From contig VAYG01000052.1 in assembly GCA_005885015.1 (NCBI GenBank), forward strand, positions 1 to 40,696: DNA of 40,696 bases, written 5' to 3'. A program made the translations under genes and the position numbers. Positions within the stretch are counted from its first letter, which is position 1. Each line of letters begins with the position of its first letter. The notes beneath the pieces were generated by a model, which was not told the origin of the DNA, searched no databases, and saw only the letters and a program-made list of their open reading frames with translations. This document shows, in pieces, positions 8,762 to 16,251 of the stretch. Origin of the DNA: Actinomycetota bacterium (GTDB lineage: Bacteria; Actinomycetota; UBA4738).

Positions 8762-10651
8762 GTGGCCGCGTCCCAGGCATCCATCCAGGACGAGGGACCG
8801 GACCTCCGGGTCGTAGCCACGGCCGGTCACGTGGACCATGGCAAGTCGGCATTGATCCTCCGGCTCACCGGAATGGACCCCGATCGCCTCGCCGAGGAGA
8901 AGCGAAGGGGCCTCACCATCGACCTGGGGTTCGCCTGGGGCGTGCTCCCGTCGGGTCGCGAGATCGGGTTCGTGGATGTGCCGGGACACGAGCGGTTCGT
9001 CCGAAACATGCTCGCCGGAGTGGGCCCGGTCCGCCTGGTCTTGTTCGTCGTGGCCGCGGACGAGGGATGGAAGCCCCAGTCGGAGGAGCACCTCCAGATC
9101 GTGGACGTCCTGGGGGTGGAGGGCGGGGTGGTCGCCCTGACCAAGTGCGATCTCGTCGACGAGGCCACCCTGCGCGCCAGGACGGAGGAGATCTCCGCTC
9201 GCCTCGCGGGGACGCGGCTGCGGACGGCGCCGGTCGTTCCATGTTCCGCAATCACCGGACAGGGGATCGATCGACTGCGCGGCGCGCTGGACGAGGTCCT
9301 CGCCCAGGCCCCACCCCCGGAACGGTCGGGGCGGGCTCGCCAGTTCGTCGACCGGGTATTCACGATCAAGGGCGCGGGGACGGTGGTGACGGGCACCTTG
9401 ACCGGTGGGCCGCTCGCCGTCGGGCAGGAGGCCGAGGTGCTCCCGTCGGGCCATCGGGCCCGGATCCGCGGACTCCAAACGCACAAGCGATCCCTGGGGG
9501 TGGCCCAACCGGTGAGCCGGGTGGCGGTGAACCTGTCCGGGACCACCAAGGCGGATCTGGAGCGCGGCGACGTGCTGGCGCTCCCCGGCCGATGGAGGGC
9601 GACCTCGATGTTCGAAGGCGTGATCCGGCCGGTCCGCGGCCTCGACCACCCGCTCACCTCGCGGGGCGCATACAAGCTGTACGCGGGCTCTGCCGAGCGC
9701 GACGCCCGCGTCAGGCTGTACGAGACGAGCGAGCTGTCACCCGGCGGCGAGGCGTTCGCCCGCCTCTCCCTGTCGCGGCCGGTGGTCCTGGACGTCGGCG
9801 ACAGCTTCGTCCTGCGGGAGGCCGGCCGGCAGGAGACCGTGGCCGGCGGCCACGTGTTGGACGTGGACCCCCCGTCCCATCCCGGACCCGACCGGGCCGG
9901 AAGGCTCAGGGTCCGTCGGGGCGTCGATCGAGGCACTCTCGCCCTCCGGGTGGTCGAGGACCGGGGAGCGATTCGAGGCGCCGAGCTCCAAGTCGTGGCC
10001 GGCGTCCCGGCGGATCAGGCGACCGGGCGGGGTGCCGTCTCGCTCGGCGCATGGGTGATGGCTCCACGTCTGGTCGAGACCGCGGCCGGAACTCTTGGCG
10101 CGGCCCTGGCCCGGTACCACGCCGCCCACCCGCTCCAGCCAGGGCCGGACGTGGGAGAGGTTCGAACGATCCTCGCGGAGCACCACCGGGCCCTGGCCGA
10201 TCCAGCGCTGGCCGACGCCCTCCTCGAGCGGCTCTCCGCGGAAGGCACGATCGTCCGCCAGGGGGCGGCGGTGCGGCTCCCATCGCATCACGCATCCACC
10301 ACCGGCCGGGAGGAGGCCGACCGGTTGGTTGCCGCGGTCGCCGGCGCCGAGCCCGCCCCGCCCACGATCCGGGAGCTGGTCGCCGCCGGGTTCGGACAGG
10401 AGCTGATCCGGGCGGTCTGCGCCGATGGTCGGCTGGTGCGGATCTCTCCAGAGATCGTGGTCAGTCCGGAGTTCCTGGCCCGCGCGGAGGAGGTCGTTCG
10501 GGCCCGAGGCGCGCCGCCGGGGCTCACCGTCTCCGCGTTCCGGGAAGCGGTGGGGACGAGCCGCAAGTACGCCCTTCCACTCCTGGAGTATTTCGACGCG
10601 CGCGGCGTGACCCGCCGCCAGGGAGACGTGCGAATCCTTCGATCGCGTTGA
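8762..10651 (+). CDS. selB: selenocysteine-specific translation elongation factor
   Basis: VATAGHVDHGKSALILRLTG, RGLTIDLGF, DVPGHERF and TKCD GTPase motifs, followed by a long winged-helix C-terminal extension. The gene begins 13 nt after selA. Confidence 0.9.
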   Translation: MAASQASIQDEGPDLRVVATAGHVDHGKSALILRLTGMDPDRLAEEKRRGLTIDLGFAWGVLPSGREIGFVDVPGHERFVRNMLAGVGPVRLVLFVVAADEGWKPQSEEHLQIVDVLGVEGGVVALTKCDLVDEATLRARTEEISARLAGTRLRTAPVVPCSAITGQGIDRLRGALDEVLAQAPPPERSGRARQFVDRVFTIKGAGTVVTGTLTGGPLAVGQEAEVLPSGHRARIRGLQTHKRSLGVAQPVSRVAVNLSGTTKADLERGDVLALPGRWRATSMFEGVIRPVRGLDHPLTSRGAYKLYAGSAERDARVRLYETSELSPGGEAFARLSLSRPVVLDVGDSFVLREAGRQETVAGGHVLDVDPPSHPGPDRAGRLRVRRGVDRGTLALRVVEDRGAIRGAELQVVAGVPADQATGRGAVSLGAWVMAPRLVETAAGTLGAALARYHAAHPLQPGPDVGEVRTILAEHHRALADPALADALLERLSAEGTIVRQGAAVRLPSHHASTTGREEADRLVAAVAGAEPAPPTIRELVAAGFGQELIRAVCADGRLVRISPEIVVSPEFLARAEEVVRARGAPPGLTVSAFREAVGTSRKYALPLLEYFDARGVTRRQGDVRILRSR

Positions 10652-10664
10652 CCGGAAGACCGGG

Positions 10665-11231
10665 TCAGCCGACCCGCAGGCTCACGAGGACCTCTTCACA
10701 CCCGTGGTCGATCTCGTCGCGCCGGGCGAGGGTGTGCTGGCAGCGCACGAAGTACTCGGTGTTGCTGTTGAACACGACGGCCAGCGTGGACTCCAGGATG
10801 TACCCCACGCCGCTCGGCATCACGACCCGCCATCGAAGCCCTCGCTGGCCGGCCAGCACGACCTCGTCCGGCCCGCTCTGTACCCGCATCCCCTGTGCCT
10901 CGAAGGTCCCGGAGAACTGCGACTTCACCTGGTCGCTCCAGATCGAGGCGCCAGCGCTGGCGGACGGGACGGGTGAGCTCACCACCGTGACGTTGTTGAG
11001 ATCGTCGAGGCCGACCACGTACTGTGCCGACCCCGTCGGCGGCTGCGGGCTCGCCGGCTCCTGCACGTCGAACCGCACCCAGTCACCCGGGTAGACGAAG
11101 GAGACGCCATCTGCCCGAAGCGTGTTGGACGCGGGATGCGCGGTGGACCGGGGAGGCTCCACGATCGCCCGCTCCCGACAGCCGGTCAGGCCCGAACCGA
11201 GGACCACGATCAGGACCAGCCGTCGCCACAT
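10665..11231 (-). CDS. putative lipoprotein, unknown function
   Basis: MWRRLVLIVVLGSGLTGC is a signal peptide with a lipobox (LTGC). The VSFVYPGDW motif is reminiscent of PsbP/LpqN-like folds. Start chosen at the second Met. Confidence 0.6.
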   Translation of the reverse strand: MWRRLVLIVVLGSGLTGCRERAIVEPPRSTAHPASNTLRADGVSFVYPGDWVRFDVQEPASPQPPTGSAQYVVGLDDLNNVTVVSSPVPSASAGASIWSDQVKSQFSGTFEAQGMRVQSGPDEVVLAGQRGLRWRVVMPSGVGYILESTLAVVFNSNTEYFVRCQHTLARRDEIDHGCEEVLVSLRVG

Positions 11232-11300
11232 CGCACCACCGTAGCTCCGCGGATCGAAGACCGACAATGGCCTTCGGTCTCGTCGCGGGGTCTGAGAGGC

Positions 11301-11795
11301 CTAGGCCTCCACCGCGGCCAAGACCTCCACCTCCACCGGAGCCCCCAGCGGCAGCTCGGCCACGCCCACGGCCGCCCGGGCGTGCCGACCCTCCTCACCG
11401 AAGACCTCGACGAGGAGATCGCTGGCCCCGTTGGCGACCTTGGGCTGGTCGGTGAAGCCGTCGGCGGAGGCCACGAACACCGACAGCTTGACGATGCGCC
11501 GGATCGCGTCGAGGGAACCGAGGCTCACCCGCAGCGACGACAGCGCTTGCAGGGCGCATCGCCGGGCTGCCTGCACGCCGTCTTCGACGCCGAGCTCGGC
11601 GCCGAGCTTCCCCGACCACAGCAGCTTGCCGTCCTCCAGCGGGACGGCCCCGGACACGAAGGCAAACCCGCCGGCCACGACCACCGGGATGTAGGAGGCC
11701 ACTGGGCTCGGCGCGGGCGGCAACCGGATCCCCAGCTCCCGCAGTCGTTCCTCCGCACCCACCGGCGTACGGTACACCGGCCGGTGCCGTCGCAT
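11301..11795 (-). CDS. RidA/YjgF/TdcF family (endoribonuclease L-PSP fold) protein
   Basis: LRELGIRLPPAPSPVASYIPVVVAGGFAFVSG...ARAAVGVAELPLGAPVEVEV is typical of the family. Confidence 0.8.
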   Translation of the reverse strand: MRRHRPVYRTPVGAEERLRELGIRLPPAPSPVASYIPVVVAGGFAFVSGAVPLEDGKLLWSGKLGAELGVEDGVQAARRCALQALSSLRVSLGSLDAIRRIVKLSVFVASADGFTDQPKVANGASDLLVEVFGEEGRHARAAVGVAELPLGAPVEVEVLAAVEA

Positions 11796-11836
11796 CCGCG
11801 ACGCAGCGCGGTCTCAGGAATGGATCGAAGAGAAGC

Positions 11837-12121
11837 TCAGCCCACCGACCGGAGGGTGTGACGATCCCGTTCGCGGATCAGCAGTCGCCGCTCCAACTCG
11901 GTGAGCCCGCCCCAGATGCCGTGCGGCTCGCGGATCCGAACCGCGTACTCGAGGCACTCGATGCGCACCGGGCAGATCGCGCAGATCCCCTTCGCCTTTC
12001 GCTCGCGAGCGAGGCGCTGGTCCTTGTTCTCCAGCTCTCCCGGCGGGAAGAACAGCCCGGAGTCCTCTCCGCGGCATGCCGCCCTCCACTGCCAACCGTA
12101 CTCCCAGGAATGCGTCGCCAC
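11837..12121 (-). CDS. WhiB-family Fe-S transcriptional regulator
   Basis: WQWRAACRGEDSGLFFP...AKGICAICPVRIECLEYA...GIWGGLTELER gives four Cys plus the GIWGG turn. The start is uncertain (GTG at 12121; the track ORF runs to 12241). Confidence 0.8.
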   Translation of the reverse strand: MATHSWEYGWQWRAACRGEDSGLFFPPGELENKDQRLARERKAKGICAICPVRIECLEYAVRIREPHGIWGGLTELERRLLIRERDRHTLRSVG

Positions 12122-12278
12122 GTCGATGGCCGAACCGGCCGTCCCTCCTTTTTGGCTTCTCGAATTAGTTCTTCGTACAAAGACGCCGCGAAGATGGACG
12201 CCGTTCCCCGTGCTCGGGAGTTGTTTACGCAATCGGCACAAAGCTGAGAGCAGCCTGAACGACGACCCGGAGCCCGCC

Positions 12279-13613
12279 TCACCCGCCCGTTTCGCCGGAC
12301 TCCGGCTCGACCCGAAGGATCAGCCCGTCGATGCCCCTGACCCGGACCCGCGACCCCTTGGGGATGGGGCCGTCCGAGCTCCGGGCCCTCCAGATGGTGC
12401 CCTTCACGTACACTCCGCCCTCCGGATCGAGGTCGCTGCGTACCTCGCCGACGAGGCCGACCAGCCCCACCTGGGCCGTGCGCACGCGCTCCCGGGAGCG
12501 AAGCGCCACCGTCATCCCGAACCCGAAGAACAGCAGGCTCCCGATCGTGGCGAGGACCATCAGCCAGACGGGGAGATCGATCGATGACGACACGCCTCGC
12601 CAGGCGAGGAAGGATCCGGTGGCGAACGCGGCCGCCCCGACGACGGTGAGCACCGCCACCCGGCGGATCAGGACGTCCAGCGCCATGAGCCCGGTACCGG
12701 CGAGCAGGATGGCGAGGCCCGACCAGTGGACGGGAACCACGGTGAGCCCGTATCCGGCGAAGGCGAGGAAGATCACCCCGGCGATCCCGGCCAGCCCCAG
12801 CCCGGGCTGCGTCGCCTCGAACGCGATGCCCCACAGCCCGAGGACGATCAGCACGTAGACGGCCGTCGGCGTGCCCACCGCGTGCAGCACGCGCCGAACG
12901 GGCCCGATCCCGTGGAACCGAACGGCCACCGGCCTGGCGGCGGTTCCCTTCGTCGCGAGGACGGACCGTCCCGCGGCCGTCATCACCGGCCGGCCGTCGA
13001 GCTTGACCAGGAGGTCGCCGATGTCGGCCGCCACCAGGGCCACAGCGCCCTTGGCGAGGGCCGGGCCCGCGGGGAGGGCGGGACCCGTCACCACCGCGCG
13101 CACCCCCGCCTCGGTGGCGCCCGCCCCCGGCGCGAGCGACTCCAGCTCGGAGGTCAGCCGGGCCACCTCGCGCGGATCCTCACGCGACGGTGAGGTCCCC
13201 AGGTCGAAGGGCCGGCCGGGCCCCAGCCCCGCCCCGGGGGCCATGGCCGCGACCGAGGCCGAGTACACGATGAACAAGGAGCTTCCTTCCGCACGCGCTC
13301 CGGCCGGTCCGACCCACGCAACCACGGGGACCCTGGCCCCTCGGATGACCCTGCCCACCCGCTCGGCCTCGTCTCCGTAGCCGCCCAGCGAGTCGATCTG
13401 AAGAAGGACCGTGGCGCCCGTCCGCTCCGCGGACCTCATGGCGTCCTCGACGAACCCGGCCAGCGAGGGATCGACCAGGCCCTTGACGTCGACCACGTCG
13501 ACGGCGGGCTCGGCGGGTGCCTGGGCCGCCGCGTGCGGGTTCCCCAGTGCCACCGCGACCAGGGCCGCCGTCGCCGCCAGGGTCGCGCCCACCAGGGTTC
13601 GAAGCCGGACCAT
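12279..13613 (-). CDS. NfeD-family membrane-bound ClpP-class serine protease (long form with C-terminal OB domain)
   Basis: Signal/TM segment, VLLQIDSLGGY protease core, several TM helices, then a C-terminal VGEVRSDLDPEGGVYVKGTIWRARS...RVRVRGIDGLILRVEP OB fold. Confidence 0.8.
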   Translation of the reverse strand: MVRLRTLVGATLAATAALVAVALGNPHAAAQAPAEPAVDVVDVKGLVDPSLAGFVEDAMRSAERTGATVLLQIDSLGGYGDEAERVGRVIRGARVPVVAWVGPAGARAEGSSLFIVYSASVAAMAPGAGLGPGRPFDLGTSPSREDPREVARLTSELESLAPGAGATEAGVRAVVTGPALPAGPALAKGAVALVAADIGDLLVKLDGRPVMTAAGRSVLATKGTAARPVAVRFHGIGPVRRVLHAVGTPTAVYVLIVLGLWGIAFEATQPGLGLAGIAGVIFLAFAGYGLTVVPVHWSGLAILLAGTGLMALDVLIRRVAVLTVVGAAAFATGSFLAWRGVSSSIDLPVWLMVLATIGSLLFFGFGMTVALRSRERVRTAQVGLVGLVGEVRSDLDPEGGVYVKGTIWRARSSDGPIPKGSRVRVRGIDGLILRVEPESGETGG

Positions 13614-13689
13614 TGCGCCGATTGTATGGTCGGCCCATCGTTACGAGGCCGGGGTTCGATCCGGGACCGCGTCGTAGAGTCCCACCTCG

Positions 13690-15834
13690 ATGCGATGGGA
13701 CGACCTCCTGGACCGTCCGATCCTCCTGGTCTCCGGAAAGGGCGGGACGGGAAAGTCCACGGTTGCGGCGGCCGTCGCCTGCCTGGCCGCCGGGCGCGGG
13801 CTTCGAACGCTGCTCGTCGAAGTCGAACCTCGGTCCCAGCTCGGTCACACGCTGAACCTGCCCGACCCGGGATTCACCGAGACCCCCACCCGGCATGGGT
13901 TCTCTGTGCTGTCGTTCTCCCCCCGGGAAGCGGCGCTCGAATACCTGCGGTTGTTTCTCGGGATCCGGCGTATCGGGAGGCCGCTGCTCCGCGCCGGCGT
14001 CCTGGACCAACTGATCGGTGTCGCCCCCGGCCTCCGCGACGCGATGGTCTGCGGGAAGCTCTACGAGATCCTCCATGTCCGCAGGACGAACCGCCGGGAC
14101 CAGGGACGTCCTCTGTATGACCTCGTGGTTGTCGATGCCCCGCCCACCGGCCAGATCGGTTCGTTCCTGGCGGCCCCGGCCGCCGTGGCCGACCTGGCCC
14201 GGTCGGGGCGGATCAGGCGGCAGGCGGCGGCCATCGATCGCATGCTGCGCCGGCGAGCCTCCATCCTCCTCGTGGCCTTGCCCGAGGAGATGGCCGCGGC
14301 CGAGACGACCGAAGCCGTAGGCGCCGTCCGCGCGGCGGGGTGCTCGGTCCCGGCCGTCGTGGTCAACCGGTCGCTTCCAAAGGTATTCGCGCGAGGTGCC
14401 CGCTCGGTGGCGGAAGGGCTCTCCGGGGCCGAGTTCCGCCGGGCGGCCGAGGGGGTCGGACTCACCGTCGGGCCGCGAGAAGCGGAGGAGCTCCTCCGCT
14501 CAGCGCTGAGCCAGGACCAACGGCATCGGTCGCAGCACGCCCACGCCCGCCGCATGGGCCGGCTGGCGCCACTCCTCACCCTTCCGGACATCACCGGCGC
14601 GGCCGGCCCCGAGCTCGTCGGCGCCCTGGCCGCGCGCATGGCCGCTCCGGAGGGGCAGACCCCCAGGCCCTCCGTGTCCCAGCGGGCACGGGGGGGCGCC
14701 GATGGCGCATCGGGTCCGGTCGAGACGCCGACCGCCACCCTGGACGGTCCGCTGGCCGGCGCACGGATCGTGGTCGTCTGCGGGGCGGGCGGCGTGGGCA
14801 AGACCACAGTATCGGCGGCCGTGGCCATCCATCTCGCCGAAGCGGGACGGCGAACCGCCCTCCTGACCGTGGACCCCGCCCGCCGATTGGCCACCGCGCT
14901 CCGGCTGCCGGCGCGCGGCGAGCGGACCGTGGTTCGAGTTGGCCGCGGGATGTCCATCGAGGCGATCCAGCTCGACACGCAGCGAACCTTCGACGATCTC
15001 GTCCGGCGCCACGCCGGCAGCGCCGAGCGGAGGGAGCGGATCCTCTCCAACCGGTTCTATCGGAGGATCGCCGACACCCTGTCGGGGACCCACGAGTACA
15101 TGGCCATGGAGAAGCTGTACGAGCTTGCCGCCGAGGAGGACCACGACGCGATCGTCATCGATACGCCGCCGACGCGGAGCGCGCTGTCGTTCCTCGAAGC
15201 GCCGAACCGACTCTCCGACTTCCTCGGCGGCCGGTTGTTGCGATGGATGTTGTGGCCTTCCGCGAAGGCCGGCAGCGTGGCCATGGGCTTCGCGCGGTTC
15301 GGGGCGACGGCGTTCAGCCGCACCGTCGGCCGCCTGATCGGGACGGACGTGTTGAGCGACGTGGCCGAGTTCCTGGCCGCCTTCGAAGGCATGTACGCCG
15401 GGTTCAAGGCGCGGGCCGCCTCGGTGATCGAGGTGCTGCGGTCGCCGCGATGCGCGTTCCTGGTGGTGGCGGCGCCGGACCAGCCCAGCCTGGAGGAGGC
15501 CGCCTACTTCCTGACGCGGCTGGAGGAGGCGGGGATGCGGGCCCGGGCCCTCGTGGCCAATCGCCGGCACCCGGAGGCCACCATTCTTCCCCTCGGCGCG
15601 ATGGACGCGGTGAACCTCCTCGAGGGCGGTGACGTGAAGGAGAGAGCCATGGCCGCGGTGCTGCTCGATGGCCTGCTTCGTCTGCCTCGCGACCGGGCTG
15701 AGGCCTCAGCGCTGAGCGCGTTCCACCGCGCGCACACCGCCGTCCCCATCGCGGCGGTGCCGGACCTCGCCGGCGACGTCCACGACGTGCCCGGTCTCCG
15801 ACGGGTGGCTGCCCGCCTGTTCGACGAGGGATGA
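13690..15834 (+). CDS. tandem fusion of two Get3/ArsA-like P-loop ATPase modules (equivalent to the separate Rv3679 and Rv3680 proteins)
   Basis: Two deviant Walker A loops, ILLVSGKGGTGKST (N-terminal half) and IVVVCGAGGVGKTT (C-terminal half), lie in one 714-codon ORF. The neighbourhood (whiB4-like gene, PBP) matches the mycobacterial locus. Confidence 0.85.
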   Translation: MRWDDLLDRPILLVSGKGGTGKSTVAAAVACLAAGRGLRTLLVEVEPRSQLGHTLNLPDPGFTETPTRHGFSVLSFSPREAALEYLRLFLGIRRIGRPLLRAGVLDQLIGVAPGLRDAMVCGKLYEILHVRRTNRRDQGRPLYDLVVVDAPPTGQIGSFLAAPAAVADLARSGRIRRQAAAIDRMLRRRASILLVALPEEMAAAETTEAVGAVRAAGCSVPAVVVNRSLPKVFARGARSVAEGLSGAEFRRAAEGVGLTVGPREAEELLRSALSQDQRHRSQHAHARRMGRLAPLLTLPDITGAAGPELVGALAARMAAPEGQTPRPSVSQRARGGADGASGPVETPTATLDGPLAGARIVVVCGAGGVGKTTVSAAVAIHLAEAGRRTALLTVDPARRLATALRLPARGERTVVRVGRGMSIEAIQLDTQRTFDDLVRRHAGSAERRERILSNRFYRRIADTLSGTHEYMAMEKLYELAAEEDHDAIVIDTPPTRSALSFLEAPNRLSDFLGGRLLRWMLWPSAKAGSVAMGFARFGATAFSRTVGRLIGTDVLSDVAEFLAAFEGMYAGFKARAASVIEVLRSPRCAFLVVAAPDQPSLEEAAYFLTRLEEAGMRARALVANRRHPEATILPLGAMDAVNLLEGGDVKERAMAAVLLDGLLRLPRDRAEASALSAFHRAHTAVPIAAVPDLAGDVHDVPGLRRVAARLFDEG

Positions 15835-15862
15835 GATCGGTGGAGGCGGGTACCGCGAGACG

Positions 15863-16135
15863 TCAGACGATCAGGCCGACTCGCTGGAGGACGGGGACCC
15901 AGTCCGTGGTCTTGGGGACCTGCCGAATGAGCTTTCGTCGCTCCTTGCTCGTGAGGCCACCCCACACGCCGAACTCCGCGCGAGACTCGAGCGCCATCAG
16001 CAAGCATTCGGAGCGAACCTCGCATCGCTTGCAGACGGATTTGGCTCTCCGCTCGGAGCGTCGATGCGGATCGAAGAACAGCTCCGGGTCGTACTCATGG
16101 CAGCGTGCTTCATCCTGCCAGGACACGGCGGGCAT
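15863..16135 (-). CDS. WhiB-family regulator (WhiB4/WblA position)
   Basis: WQDEARCHEYDPELFF...AKSVCKRCEVRSECL...FGVWGGLTSKERR. Start taken at MPAVSW (16135). Longer starts at 16195 or 16288 would put the AT-rich palindrome inside coding sequence. Confidence 0.8.
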   Translation of the reverse strand: MPAVSWQDEARCHEYDPELFFDPHRRSERRAKSVCKRCEVRSECLLMALESRAEFGVWGGLTSKERRKLIRQVPKTTDWVPVLQRVGLIV

Positions 16136-16160
16136 CGTAGGCAGCGCCGAGGAACCGACC

Positions 16161-16180
16161 AATAGTCCGTATGGACTATT
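16161..16180. promoter_or_regulatory. perfect inverted repeat AATAGTCC-GTAT-GGACTATT between the whiB4-like gene and the PBP gene
   Basis: Read directly: 8-bp arms with a 4-nt spacer, AT-rich in GC-rich DNA, 26 nt upstream of the preferred whiB start. Confidence 0.5.
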
Positions 16181-16251
16181 TTGGGGGAGGGACATTCTCC
16201 CCACTGCCCGGAAGAAGCCGGTTCCGCACAGTAAGCTAACGCGACACCCGA

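Noticed and set aside
11296-11309. The 14-bp palindrome GAGGCCTAGGCCTC spanning the RidA stop codon.
   Set aside because: A 6-bp arm with a 2-nt centre cannot form a hairpin. The sequence is largely explained by the codons GAG GCC TAG and could arise by chance. A nearby 7-bp stem (AGACCGA...TCGGTCT, about 11256-11278) is a more plausible but weak terminator.
14690-14696. A G7 homopolymer in the linker of the double Get3-like ATPase. Given the other homopolymer indels, the fusion might have been an assembly artefact.
   Set aside because: No stop triplet occurs in any plus-strand frame from about 14509 to 14852, so no single indel here could hide the end of a separate first gene.
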